This document shows positions 1 through 12,329 of a stretch of DNA of 64,000 nucleotides, piece after piece (the stretch's first letter is position 1; the number at the start of each line of letters is the position of its first letter). The notes beneath the pieces were generated by a model that saw only the letters and a program-made list of their open reading frames with translations, had not been told where the DNA came from and made no database searches. The stretch spans positions 17,360,001 to 17,424,000 of the forward strand of contig OZ260664.1 of NCBI GenBank assembly GCA_965285935.1. Reading direction: 5' to 3'. Origin of the DNA: Ophelia neglecta (Eukaryota). Position numbers and translations under genes: made by a program.

Positions 1-95
1 AATATTGAGTTATCATACTGTATTAGGTCTGCAAATAAACCAAATGCGGCGAAAGATACGAAAGAAAATGCTGGACAGCGTTCCCGAGCACTCAC

Positions 96-3000
96 CGTGA
101 AGAAGTCATGTGATTTGCAGTAGTTTATCAGAGCGACCAAAGGGATGAACATCAGGGCGAGAGACACCATAAGCCAGCCGATCACGTCAGCCCACCACGG
201 CTGATAGATGCCGTTCAGGGAAAGTTTTTCGTACGACATGCCCATGTAAACGATCACAAACTGGGCAATACAGGAAAAACGTATAGGAATATAGGCCATC
301 ATACACCCATTGAAGGAAATTTACATCATACAGATATATTCAAAATATCTAAAATTGCACAAAAAGTTTTCAATATTTTCAGGATTGATAAAATATATTT
401 TTGAGAACATGTGCGAAAGTTGACGGATAAAGACAAGATAAAAATTCAATATGATAGTGCAGAAGACCAAAATAAACTAAGAGGGCGGTGATTACTGTTC
501 ACTTAACAGCCTTAAGTATCAATAATTATAGTTCAGTATTTTTGATTTCTCTTTAGGAGCTGGGGATTAATGTATGTGGGCCTGTAGCTGTTGTTGTTGT
601 TGTTTGGGTTTTACGTGGATATCCAAACCTATATAGTCACATCGCCACGGCGCCTACTTGTGACAGTGGGCCCTTCTTTATATGCCTTCTTTATAGTGCT
701 GCCTCACTGGAGTACCTGCCATAGACACCGCTTTGACCAGTCCTGATACTACCCCCAAAATGCCGGGCGCCTAGCAGGGGAGCCATCAGTACGTATTTTT
801 ACGTCTTGGGTTTGAAGCAATCGGGATTCGAAGCCCGATCTACCACTGGCGAGGCGGACACCCTAACCACTCGGCCACGCTTTGGTGGTTGTGGGCCTGT
901 AGCTGCTGGCCCCCTGCAGCATCGGACCGATGTAACAGACTACATACATTCTTGATAAGTGATTTCATTTTGCCTGACGGGTATCAACTCCCTGTTTTTA
1001 TTGTTAATATCTGGAAAAAGTAACAATACAAAAACAACGGAAAGAGATCGGCAATCAACGAGTAGCTCTCTGTTCCTGGGATTAAACAATGCTTGGAAAC
1101 ACCACTCAAAAGTTCAAATATAAGATAAATTAATGCCTCGTGCAGATTATATTGTGATTATAGGGACAAATGACTGTCTGTTCGACAACTATTCATAAAG
1201 TTCTAATCACAGTGTCCCAGTAGCTGTGTAAAATGGTCTACTATAGTGTATTGGCAAACCAAGAGTATTTTTTAAATGTTATATCCAAGGGAATTTCCCG
1301 AATTTCTAGTCACTCCACTAGGTAACTGGGGTGTGCGTTTGTGTGAATGCGAATGTGTGTGTGCATGTATGTTTGTGTGGTGGTTGGGGGGGGGGGGGGT
1401 GGGGGGTGGAGGGGGGTTGTAAGAAGTTTTCTTTCTTGTAAACGTTTATCTGTAAATTTATCGCAATTATTTTTCAAATATATTGCGACAATTGTTTTTC
1501 GAGGTATTTTTAACTAATTTTGGTACAAACAAATATCCTTCTTCTCTTAAATTATGTCGAGCATTTCACTCCCCATCCCCCTGACATTTAACAATGCCTC
1601 CCTTATAGGCCTTCAAAAACTTGCTTGTAATTTAGGCCCACCGAAGACGTAAAAGCACAAACACTTATTATTTTTTTCTATTGCCTAGACCCTCTGTTTT
1701 GTTTGGGAAAAAGGAAACAAATGGGAAGCTTACGATCATCATAGCCGGAGAGATTATACACCACATAGGCCACCAGTAGACATAGAAGGTGATTCGGATA
1801 CACGGCCACATGCAATTCTCACCCAGCATCATTTGAATGTCATCCGTGAAGCGACGTACACCTGGAGCATTGATTGAAGAAGAAACATCAAATACGAGTT
1901 AATGCCATTGCAAGGGATTTACACGGGAAGTGCCCTGAAAGTGTATATTTTTTCTCAGTTTGCCAGCACTGCAGCTGATTGGCTAAATCCATGCCCGGTT
2001 GTAGCATATACAGTAGGGGTATGGTATTTCACAACCATTAGGGTGTGTACAAATGTGTGTGTGTGGGGGGGGGGGGGGAGGGGGTCCCCTTAAATATTTA
2101 AGCGTGAACCTGACATTTTCAAGACAAGATATACATTTAAAACTATTATCTTCATATAATTCTTTATATTGTATTGGGTAAGCACTATTGTTCGGTAGCA
2201 CAATGGGGCCAATCAGATAGTTTTTAATAATATTTAAAAATATTATCTATTTTCATGTTAATAGTTCCATCTTTTTAAGTTGGTTTGTTACCCCTCAAAA
2301 GTGCAATGATCTTACTTTTGGCTAAAAAATATGTTGGGTATTTCAATCCGGCGAACATTAAGCGATTCAAAGTCTTAAAGCCTCACCGTATATCCAAGCG
2401 ATGGCCACGACTTCCAGAATGGACACGACTACCAGAGAGAAGCCAGCGCTGTACCAGTCAAACAGATTGAGGATGAACGGGCCTGCCTGAAAACAACAAT
2501 GAAATACGAAATCTTAATATTCATATTAAATACATATGGAATTCGCGCACAGGTTAGAGCTCCATGAGGCCACTAAGTAAAAAAAAAACAGCCGAACAGT
2601 CACCTAAGGTAAGTTAGTTAAACGCATAGTATTTCGCTAATATATATATGAAAGATATGCGAAATTTTTACCCTAGAAACTTGTGGTAAAGCAACGAGGA
2701 AAAGGAAGATACAGATACTGGCAGTCAAAATCAGTTTGGCATATTTTCCTTTCTTTGCAAAATTGAACTCATCGTATATGGCCGTGATCACCGTTTCCAT
2801 CATGGCGAACTGGAAGAAGACAAATCAAGAGGCCTCTATAGATTACAACAAGCTCATTGCATTCAAGTCAGTAAAATATTAAGAATAATGCGGCAGCTCA
2901 CATCGTTCATGAAGTACTTTGTCGAAGAAACTCCATATTCAAGAGTTGAAATAATACAGGTTTTTCAAGTGGTTTCATAGTTTGCCCGACGTCATAATGA

Positions 3001-6000
3001 CAGAAAAGTTAAATTAAAAAATGAAACATTAAGCAAAAAAAGTTGTCAGTATTCTATTGATAATTCATTGCTGCCAATTCTACAGAGAGAAAAAACAGTC
3101 GAATTAAATAATAAGCTGACTTCTATAGTTGAAATATTTTTAACAGTTTTGATTACTTTCTAATTATTGATATGGTGTTTTCAGTTGTTTCAATAGTTTT
3201 ATTATACAAAGTCTCACTTTATTCTTTTGTCGCTGTGGCAGTTCTCTTATGATTATATCATAAAAAAAGATTGGCTTCATCGCACATTTTTAAAATAAAT
3301 AGGGAGACGCCCCTTGTAACAATTAAAATGGGTTCTGAAGTTGTACAAACTAGGTTTTCAAAAGTTTAACCTAGTGAAAGGGGTGTTTTCAATAGTTTAA
3401 ACTATTTAAACGATAAAATAGGTGTTTTTAAAATTAATTTAAACTGTTTAAAAGTGTGTTGCAATAGTTCAACTACTGATAGTAGCGTTTTCGATCATTT
3501 CATCCATTAAACATCTGTCTAAACTATTTGACATCCTCGGAAATTATTGAATTAATGTAGAAATGTGAACAATTGCACATTAATGAATCGCATTTATCAT
3601 TTGATGCCACCTCAAATAATTACTGATTTGACGACGTGGAATCAAATGCACTTAAAATGGAACGACATTCCATAATGTCGGCCTGGTCTCAACTGATAAA
3701 TCTGGTGGAAAATGATAAACTATTAGAATTTATGAAAGCTCTTTAAATAGAGGTTCTTCCACCAAGCCTGATACACATTGCCACGCTGTAATTCATGTCT
3801 CCCTCTTCAATGCCTCACGGAAATTACAGAACGTTTGAAACCAACTCATGTTGTTATTGTTCTGTGCCCTGTGTAAACATATCTTACATAAAGAAGGGTT
3901 TTTAAGAGGCTGTGCTAGGTTGTGCCATGCACTTTGCTTTTTGCCTTTTATGAAATGTCATATTTGCAAGTGACTAATAAGCCCTGTAGGGCTGGGTGTT
4001 ATTGGTTTGTTTAGGGTTTACTCTCTATGCTTATAAATGTTTACACTATGTCACTATAATAAACAATCAACCTATTGTCTACAAACAGCGGGATTGTCTA
4101 GATCCACGCATGTCTCACCTGGCTGTCCAGTCCTAGTGTAAACAACATGAGGAAGAAGAGGATAGACCAAAGAGGAGCAACTGGCATGGTCGCGATACCT
4201 TCTGGGTAGGCTATGAAGGCAAGACCAAATCCTGGGGACAGACATCAAAGTACTGAATGGCTTTATAAGGACTTCTACACTTAAAATTGAATATCTATTG
4301 GAACCGAAATAGATCATTGTCCCATATGTGATGAAATGAGTATTTTAGAACGATGTTTTTGACGAACTGGGACTCAGAATAAAGTTACTACAGGTATGTT
4401 TTTTAATTGGCCATCTCCTGCCTTACCACTTTGGGCCACTTCCTTCACGGGAACGCCGGTTTTGAAGGACATGTGTCCGAGAACCGAAAAAATGACGAAT
4501 CCAGCAAACACACTAGTGGCGCAGTTCAAAAACGACACAATCAGAGCGTCCCTGTAACGTGCAGTGAAAAGAATTATAACTACCAGCTTTGGCGAGTAGT
4601 CCAGCATGTTTTCATAAAATAGGAGGGACAATTTAGAACAGTTGAAACTTAGTTGGCCTTACACAGGTAAACAGAATGCAAGAAGACCTTTATTTGAAAT
4701 ACTTTTTTGAAATGAGGCTGTGAGACCGAAGGTCATTTCAAATAGGTCATGACCTCAAATTGGGAATTAGCCACATTCCAACAAGGTTCTTCATACTGAC
4801 TGATTGCTGTCCTAATTAAATTTTGGTTGTTTTCTGAGTGAGCATTCTCCAAAAGATCTTCTAAGAATTCTTCAATCAATAAATTAAGATCGTGTCGACT
4901 GACGGAGTGAGGCTTTTTCGAAATAAGGAAAAAGTAGGCATGCATGGAAATATTAAGGATTATTGGCTAGGATTTGGCTGCCAGAGAAGAATTTTATTAA
5001 GATCTTTTGGACAGCGACCTGTGTAAGATATTATGCATATAATTCAATATAATTCCTATAGCATGGATGTTTTCACCCAATAGGGTAGATTACAATGAGT
5101 GAGCTTTTTATGGGCACTTAATCATACCGTCATACCGACGAAGGTGGTACGGAACTATGAAAAGCGAAAAATAGATACGTATAATATAATGACTACAAAA
5201 ACATAAATATGTATGAATTAAACATATAATATATACCTAAAGATATTGTTTCGGAATTTATTGTAACTAGCCATGGTCTCCAGGCCTCCAAATGCCACTC
5301 CAAGGGAATAAAATATCTGTACGGCTGCTTCATACCACACCTAAACCATACACAAAATACAACGGAATTAAAATGTACAATAATGTAAGTTCCAATATAT
5401 ATTTAAGTTGGTATGACTCGATCAATTATTGCCCGGCCTGGTTAATAATTTGAAAATAGCTCATATTAGTCACGACTTTAGAGTTGTCGGGTAAATAACC
5501 CCTTGCCCCCACGCCCATGGGCATGGGATTTCGACAACGCCATCGAAATTCAAAAATACCAAGTGGAGTATGGATGAATTGCTCTAGCAGCTGATAGTAA
5601 CCTACCTTGGGATTCTTCAACATCTCAACTTCCGGATATATGTAGAAGACGATGCCATCCCAGGCGCCCTCTAGCGTGGCATTTCGGATGAGTAGTATAA
5701 GGAGCACAATATACGGGAACGTCGCTGTCACGTACACCACCTTAAAAGGATTTTAACAACAGATACCGATAATTTTGGAATTTGAAATTCGCTGACAACG
5801 TAGGTTTTAGTTTTGGCGAAATGTGGACTTAAATCTGACCAAACTTGCCCTACAATCAAGAGGAGTCCAAACAAATTGTTTTAATACAATTCATTAGATC
5901 AAATCGAACCTTTCCGGATGATTTGATTCCTTTCACCAGACAAACGAAGACGATAATCCAGGCAAGCAAGAGACACAGACACAAGTCCCATTTGATGTCC

Positions 6001-9000
6001 CCCGCTCCTTCATCGATGTTACCGGAAATGTCCAGCACCTCGCGACTATTCGACGAGAAATAAAACGGTTGATAAGTAGTGGTGTATCGAGGTCTGGGAG
6101 GGAGGGGGGGGGGGGAGCTCCATTATATTGGTATACAGAGATATGCCGCTTCCATGGGTGTCTTTTTCAAGGCTGACCTACATTGGGTCCATTTTCGGTT
6201 CACCCTTACATATAGGCTGGTTTTCCAGAATCGGGGTTTACATTAATGGGTTCATTTTTGGGTAAACCTTAGGTGGAATGGTATGCTTTAAGGGATATTA
6301 TATATTTGATAAAATGTGTTTCTTAATTACTAGGAGGCTATATTGTGTTTGCATTTAAGGTATATATTTGTTGGCTGCTATTTAACTTTTTGCTTAGTAA
6401 GGGTTATAATCGAAAACCAGGGCAAGAGATTTAGTCGTAATAGTGCTTTTCGCTGTTGACACTGATAAACACATGTCATACAACTATTTTATAACTATAC
6501 ATAGTAATATGGTGCCGGCAGGAAAATTTGACACCTTTTGATTTTACCATCAATTTGGCACACTTATGTTTGCAGATTATAAACACGCTAGGCATGTTGC
6601 GTCGTTTCAGTGTACATAAATTATGATACTCTTTAGTGGAATTTGCCGAAGAAAATGTCGGGGCTTTTCATCCAAAGCCTCATATTAGCGATCTTAGTTT
6701 GACCGCGAAAATTAAGAGATGTCCAGTTGTAATAAACTAATTGTTTATCTCGCAGGTGACAGCGAGATATATTAGTGCGGAACAGTGTTCATCTCCAAAT
6801 ATGGCCGTTTCCGGTTCCCGAAGAAGAGGATCATGGGAGTGCAAAAGGCAGCGAGTTAATTCAGTAGCTTTTCAGAAGGACCACATTTCTGTGATCTATT
6901 TTTCTGCTAATTACTTTAATATCGTATAGTTGTTTAAACAGTTAGGCTTAGCATTTTCATCATGTCCGAGAGTAGTACTTACTTCCAATAAATTTCACTC
7001 GGACTCTTAGGGGAGGTCGTACAATTCTGCGTTAGAGCTGATTTTCCATACATGGTTTCAGTTTCGTTGCACCATGCCTCTGTTAGTGGAACAGCAATAT
7101 AAATAAATATATACAAATTTCATTTCTTTTTTCAATGTCACACAATATATAAACTGTGGCAACATGTAAAAGTGGACATTATGATAAAAACCAAAAAGCG
7201 TGTAAAACTATCATGCAGTAGTAGAAACAATTTTCGGTATATATCGTGACGTCTGTCCATCACTTGAAATATACAAATATGTTAACTTACTAATTTTGTT
7301 AGGCAAACTTTGTGTGACAAAATTCAAATATGGAAAATCTTGTAATGTATTACAAATATATGAACATGAAAAGAGGGTACGTAATTGTTACTTATAAGAA
7401 AATATGGACCATATGATGTAACTTGTATTAATTCGATGTAACCCGAAGTTTAAATAAAAAACAAAAAAAAAACAAAAAAACATGAAGAGCTTTAAAGAGA
7501 ATAATTTGCTTAATGATTGTATTACATATTGGAAATAAATATTGATTTTATTACATATTGGAAAAAAAAAATATATATAAATATATATATACAAATTTCA
7601 GCTATGTAAATATTCAGAGGACATCTATGAACGGCTAATTGGTCTAATAATTAAATCCTCGAGAAGTTCGGCCTTTTGATAAATTGACAGTCATACGGCG
7701 GTTAAGAGAGACGTTTGTGTAAGCTATTGCACAAAAAATGGGCAACAGCGCGCAGGAAGTAGGCAACAGCGCGCAGATAGTGGGCAACAGCGCGCAGGAA
7801 GTGGGCAACAGCGCGCAGGAAGTGGGCAACAGCGCGCAGGAAGTAGGCTGACACCGCACAGGAAATGGGCACCAGCGCGCAGGAAGTGGGCAACCGCGCG
7901 CAAGAAGAAGGCTGAGACCGCACAGGAAATGGGCACCAGCGCGCAGCCAGTAGACTGACGCCGCACAGGAAGTGGGCAACAGCGCGCAGGAAGTGGGCAA
8001 CAGCGCGCAGGGAGTAGACTGACACCGCACAGGAAGTGGGCAACAGCGCGCAGGAAGTAGACTGACACCGCACAGGAAGTGGGCAACAGCGCGCAGGAAG
8101 AAGACTGACACCGCACAGGAAGTGGGCAACAGCGCGCAGGAAGCAGGCTGACACCGCACAGGAAGTGGGCAACAGCGCGCAAAAAGTGGGCAACAGCACG
8201 CAGGAAGTAGGCAACAGCGCGCAGGAAATAGATTGACACCGCACAGGAAGTGGGCAACAGCGCGCAGGAAGTGGGCAACAACGCGCAGGAAGTGGGCAAC
8301 AGCGCGCAGGAAGTGGGCAACAGCGCGCAGGAAGTAGGCTAACACCGCTCACAGAATAGAATCAATTAACGCAACGTTTAATACGTTAAGTAAGAAGCAT
8401 CTTTCATCGTTTAATAGCTATAAGTAAGTAGTATCTTTCGGCTTTTTTTGTATGAGAAGTAATGCTTTTTACTGGGCGAAATTATACCGAGACAAATGGC
8501 CCTATCTGACAGTTGCTTTCTATAGTGAAAAATAGTAAGCCTGTTCTAAGTCTATCTTTCTATCGAGATTCTTGCAGTTAAAATGTTGTGATTTATCGTA
8601 ATCCAAGTCTTTCCAACCCACGTCTTTTGTAACTCCAATAAAGAATGAAATAATTTTGACGCAGTCTCGTCCCGCGACGTATTTTTCAATCTACTATACA
8701 GTCTCGTTGTATTTGAATAAAACTCTTGTTAAAGTGTAAATCTAAACAAGCTGTCAAAACCCAGGTACGCGTGACGCCTCTCTGCTGTTAGCTACTTATA
8801 AATTTGTATTTTTACACCAGCGTGGTGTCGTTTCAAGTACCCATGGTTAAAAGCATCGTTCCATATACGAAATTAAGTTTCCTTACACCGTACCGTACCA
8901 CAAGCATGGAATAACACCATTTTAAGAGAATACGCGTATTTATTATAGAAGTCTCATATATATTTCCCTTCGTAGCAGAGTGCACAGCTCCATTCTCTCC

Positions 9001-12000
9001 GCCTGAAAGGTGATGCGGAGAAGCTATGCGACAAGAATTGGCCTCTGCTGCGAAGGGTATATATATATATACTTTAGTTATGTTCTAATAAATGAAAAAT
9101 GGCATACTTAGAGCTATCGAGTAGTTTATGTAGCTATCATCCCTGTCGACGCAGTGATAGTTTTCTATCCACGACTGTTTACATTTCTGCCAGGGCAACT
9201 CGCTGGTAAAAGAGGCGAACACGTAGTAGAGCGTATAGGCGATAATCACATTGTAGTACACACACACCAAACCGGAGATTACCACCATGGCCCAACCCAA
9301 TCCTGAAATTAAGAGAAAACCAGGGCTTAAAAATCGAAAGAAACGATACTTAATGTACATGAGATGAGTTATTCGATTTATCTTTGGTTGGCCAGATAAT
9401 GTATGCGGTTAGATGCTGTGACACTTTTAGCAGTTCACACTTTGATACCTTCGTTTAGACACCTGACGATATGTGGTCTAAGAGAGGTGTCTAAGGTGGG
9501 TTAAATCCAAAAATTAATTAGTTTGTCACTAAAACGTTAGTATTTAACCAATGGACAGTTTTGTGTAACTCAAGATTAAGTGTGTTGACCATAGAAACAA
9601 TATTGGAGACTTGACCCAGATTAAGGTAATTCTATAGACTTTCCTACACGCTTTCTTTAGATAAATCAAGTGTTCACATCTTGAGGAATGTTTCTTACCT
9701 TTGAACATTGGAACTGCCCTCCACACGGAGATGGGTCCGAGGGACGAGAACTGGCCAACCGACATCTCCAGGAAAAACAGGGGAATACCGGCGGTCAGCA
9801 ACATCACCACATAGGGGATAAGGAAACAGGCTGCCATGGCAAACACATTTTATGGAATAATTATATACCAACATTTTGTAAATTAATATAATATGAATTA
9901 CATTTTTTGTGTCGGCAGTTGCTCTGCCAATCAATTGTCTAGTAGTAAGTAGTTAATAACTCGAGGTTACTTAGTTATGCCAGTTACTCCAACCGGTAGA
10001 CTAGAGTAACACCAAGTCTATCATGCATTAGGGTAAAATGAATACAAAATAGAGTATATTATAAAGAATCTAAACGACGATGACTAGCCATAAAATGTGT
10101 ACATTAAACATGACATTGGATATTTACTATATTCAAAGCTTTTTAGTATTTACTTAAATGGAAGAATTGTTTTGTATCATTAGCCTAGAGTAAGGCAAGC
10201 TAGCTGTATTTATTAAATAAATACCTCCCCCGTTTGCGTAGGCTTTGTATGGAAAGCGCCAGACATTTCCCAGTCCCACCGCGAACCCGATAGCAGATAG
10301 AATGAAGTCCAACTTGCCAGTCCAGTTACCCCGCTCGACATTTTCATCCTTCAAGAGAATTACAGTATATAAATAAGACTAGATTAGGTTCTTCAAACTA
10401 AACTAAAATGTGTACGGTCTGACACTGGCCGCAGAGATTCTAACTCCCACGGTCCGTGACCGGAAGTGAAGGGAAACGTGACTGATTTTGAAGTAGTGCA
10501 AAAATGACCGACGAACATGGATGGAATTGGTTTTAATGATTAGGTGACCTCTGTCATGGGGTAAAACCATAAGCAATTGCGGAATGAAGAACAGACACCT
10601 CTGTTAATTCTAGCTTTATTATGTTACTTTCCGTGCTATGAGAAGAACATTGCAGCAGGAAGTGCTGCATACTCTCTCTCCGACAGACATAGAGGACATA
10701 CAGGGTTGTTAGGTGAGACGATTTTCCCGGGATGGGTGTAAACAACTGATGTCTTGGTATAACTTTGGTATAACTTTGACAATGTGATGGTATTGAATCG
10801 TCTGTTGGCCGTTCCTATCCCGAGGTCGGAAATCATCTTCGTTCGTGTTTTATTAATCCGTTTCATTAGAAGACTTCGCATCTCTTTAGCATTACATGCC
10901 AGTGGGACTGTACCTTCTGTTACGGGGATTAACCCAGGCCCCATATATAAACGGTCATCTCTAACAGGATTCTGTTGGCCAAACTTCAGCTTCTCACACT
11001 TTGTCACATTAAAACCTAGTCGCCAAAGTTTGCTGTATTGGTAGACGATATCGAGCATTTTAGTCATTGAATTGTAGTCATTGACCGACGTAAAGATGTG
11101 ATCAGTGACACGTCATCGGCGAAAACAGGAGTCGAACAGTTTATGTCGTAGAGGTAACATCCGGTATTAGCATTGGACAGCCGGTCTATCATATCATTGT
11201 AGTATTATACAAAGAGTAGCATCGACAGCATACCTCCTTGGTGGAGACCCTGGAGTACGCTGAACCACTCAGAGATGCCCAGTCCCACTCTCACGGCGCT
11301 GAGAAAATCATGGTACCATAGTCTTAATATTCGGTAAGTTTTCCCTTTTAATCCCATATTAACATTTACGAACATGGGTTTATAAAGGGGTGTCGCAATA
11401 TATAGGTTTGATCCGCCTATATACCCCCTTAAAACGCCTCCTATTTCAATCTGCTGCCCTCTACCACACTCTAACCCTTTTCTGTCTCTCTATACTGCTA
11501 AACTGAAGGCAGAAATCATGCTTTGGGAGATATGATCTTCAAAATGAAGCCAAAGGTCAAATTTTGTGCAAAGTGTGTAAAATTTGTGTCCTATAAGCTC
11601 CCTCTTGTTTCTACTTTTATAAATAAGACATAAGGAATGATTTGATAAGGCAGTGAGGTAATAAACATACATAATTTTTTCCAAATCTTTAAAGTAGGAA
11701 TGCTTAGCGCTCTGTACGCTCGGTCTATACGCCACTCGTTTTAACTTATAACACTACCCGCCTAGGCTGCATCCAGCGTATGGAGAAACGAAAAGTTTCA
11801 AATTTTAAATCAGCGCATAATATATAATCTCCTCAAAGATCACAACATGCAACAAACCACGGCAATATGGGCATAAATAAATGTTTAACTAGTAAAAACT
11901 ACTCGTTTGCTTTGTGGCTTCATTCAGAGCTCAGTAATTTAGTTTTTTCAGTTTTACAGCATTTGCTTGGCGACAAAAGATACATTCTCCAGTAATTACC

Positions 12001-12040
12001 CCAGGGTCCCAGTAAATCTCACCAGGGTATTAGCTGTCAT
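96..12040 (-). CDS. SLC6 (NSS) Na+/Cl- dependent amino-acid transporter, copy A (proline transporter/ATB0,+-like); 3' end runs off the window
   Basis: Coding exons with AG/GT boundaries and consistent phases: 12023-12040 (MTANTL), 10225-10348 ([23 protein letters not shown]), 9699-9830, 9108-9302, 6983-7079, 5910-6045, 5606-5740, 5237-5340 ([20 protein letters not shown]), 4427-4551, 4119-4231 (FTLGLDSQ), 2672-2809, 2387-2486, 1734-1861, 96-260. SLC6 signature motifs present; no stops in these exons. The 18-nt first coding exon is less certain than the rest. Confidence 0.93.
591..889 (-). mobile_element. tRNA-derived SINE, full length (core resembles invertebrate Meta-type SINEs)
   Basis: On the - strand: A box TGGCCGAGTGG, B box GCTTCGAATCC, (AAC)n tail. 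16-bp TSD tgtgggcctgtagctg at 575-590 and 890-905. The family assignment is from memory and tentative. Confidence 0.85.
3120..3530. repeat. Degenerate AT-rich tandem repeat (gtgttttcaatagtttaaact motif); ~190 bp longer in B (37125-37720)
   Basis: Recurrent motif seen by eye; extra units in B at ~37485-37667. Confidence 0.6.
7123..7571 (+). mobile_element. 5'-truncated L1/Tx1-like LINE 3' end, present only in copy A
   Basis: Remnant reading [32 protein letters not shown], an A-rich tail at 7562-7571, and flanking direct repeat atatatacaaatttca. The site is empty in B (~41325-41351). Confidence 0.65.
7738..8350. repeat. GC-rich minisatellite of 21-bp (gggcaacagcgcgcaggaagt) and 22-bp (aggctgacaccgcacaggaagt) units in intron 4 of A
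   Basis: Directly visible tandem units, ~610 bp. Confidence 0.95.
8966..9057. mobile_element. 92-bp foldback mini-MITE (also at 43303-43394)
   Basis: TIR cccttcg(c/t)agcagag ... ctctgctgcgaaggg in a TA-rich site, plus an inner inverted pair ctccgc/gcggag. Confidence 0.65.
10550..11350 (-). mobile_element. Degenerate non-LTR retrotransposon RT fragment (CR1/L2/RTEX-like)
   Basis: Frameshifted reading [40 protein letters not shown]. Largely replaced by unrelated sequence in B (44930-45310). Confidence 0.8.
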
Positions 12041-12329
12041 ATGGGCTGATTCAAACCTGCAATAATACATACAATGGAAGAAACGCTCACATTTTTGTCT
12101 TTTTCAACTTGCGCTGAATGCAACCATCAAAACAGGATATGAAAGGAAAGATTAAATCATGACCAGAATACGTTATATTCAACAGAATGTTATTAACAAC
12201 TTCATGATTCGTTGAACACAAATACAAAGTTCAACAATATCCTAAACTAAGAGGATATATTTTTAATGAATGTAAGCAATAGAAAATCTTTCCCACCAAC
12301 TGACTGCACTAGTTACCCCATACGGAGTT

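Noticed and set aside
1375-1420. Poly-G tracts as functional G-quadruplexes (also 26215-26315 and MITE ends)
   Set aside because: Simple repeats of variable length between copies, many TE-associated; no supporting evidence.
4733-4945. 70-aa ORF conserved at 39026-39238
   Set aside because: The conservation is explained by the recent duplication. It is intronic and possibly a decayed LINE 3' end; there is no independent coding evidence.
7738-8350. Possible CRISPR array
   Set aside because: The units are contiguous with no unique spacers, there are no cas genes, and the context is a eukaryotic intron.
10636-11067. 143-aa ORF as a host gene
   Set aside because: It is part of a frameshifted LINE RT remnant and is absent from copy B.
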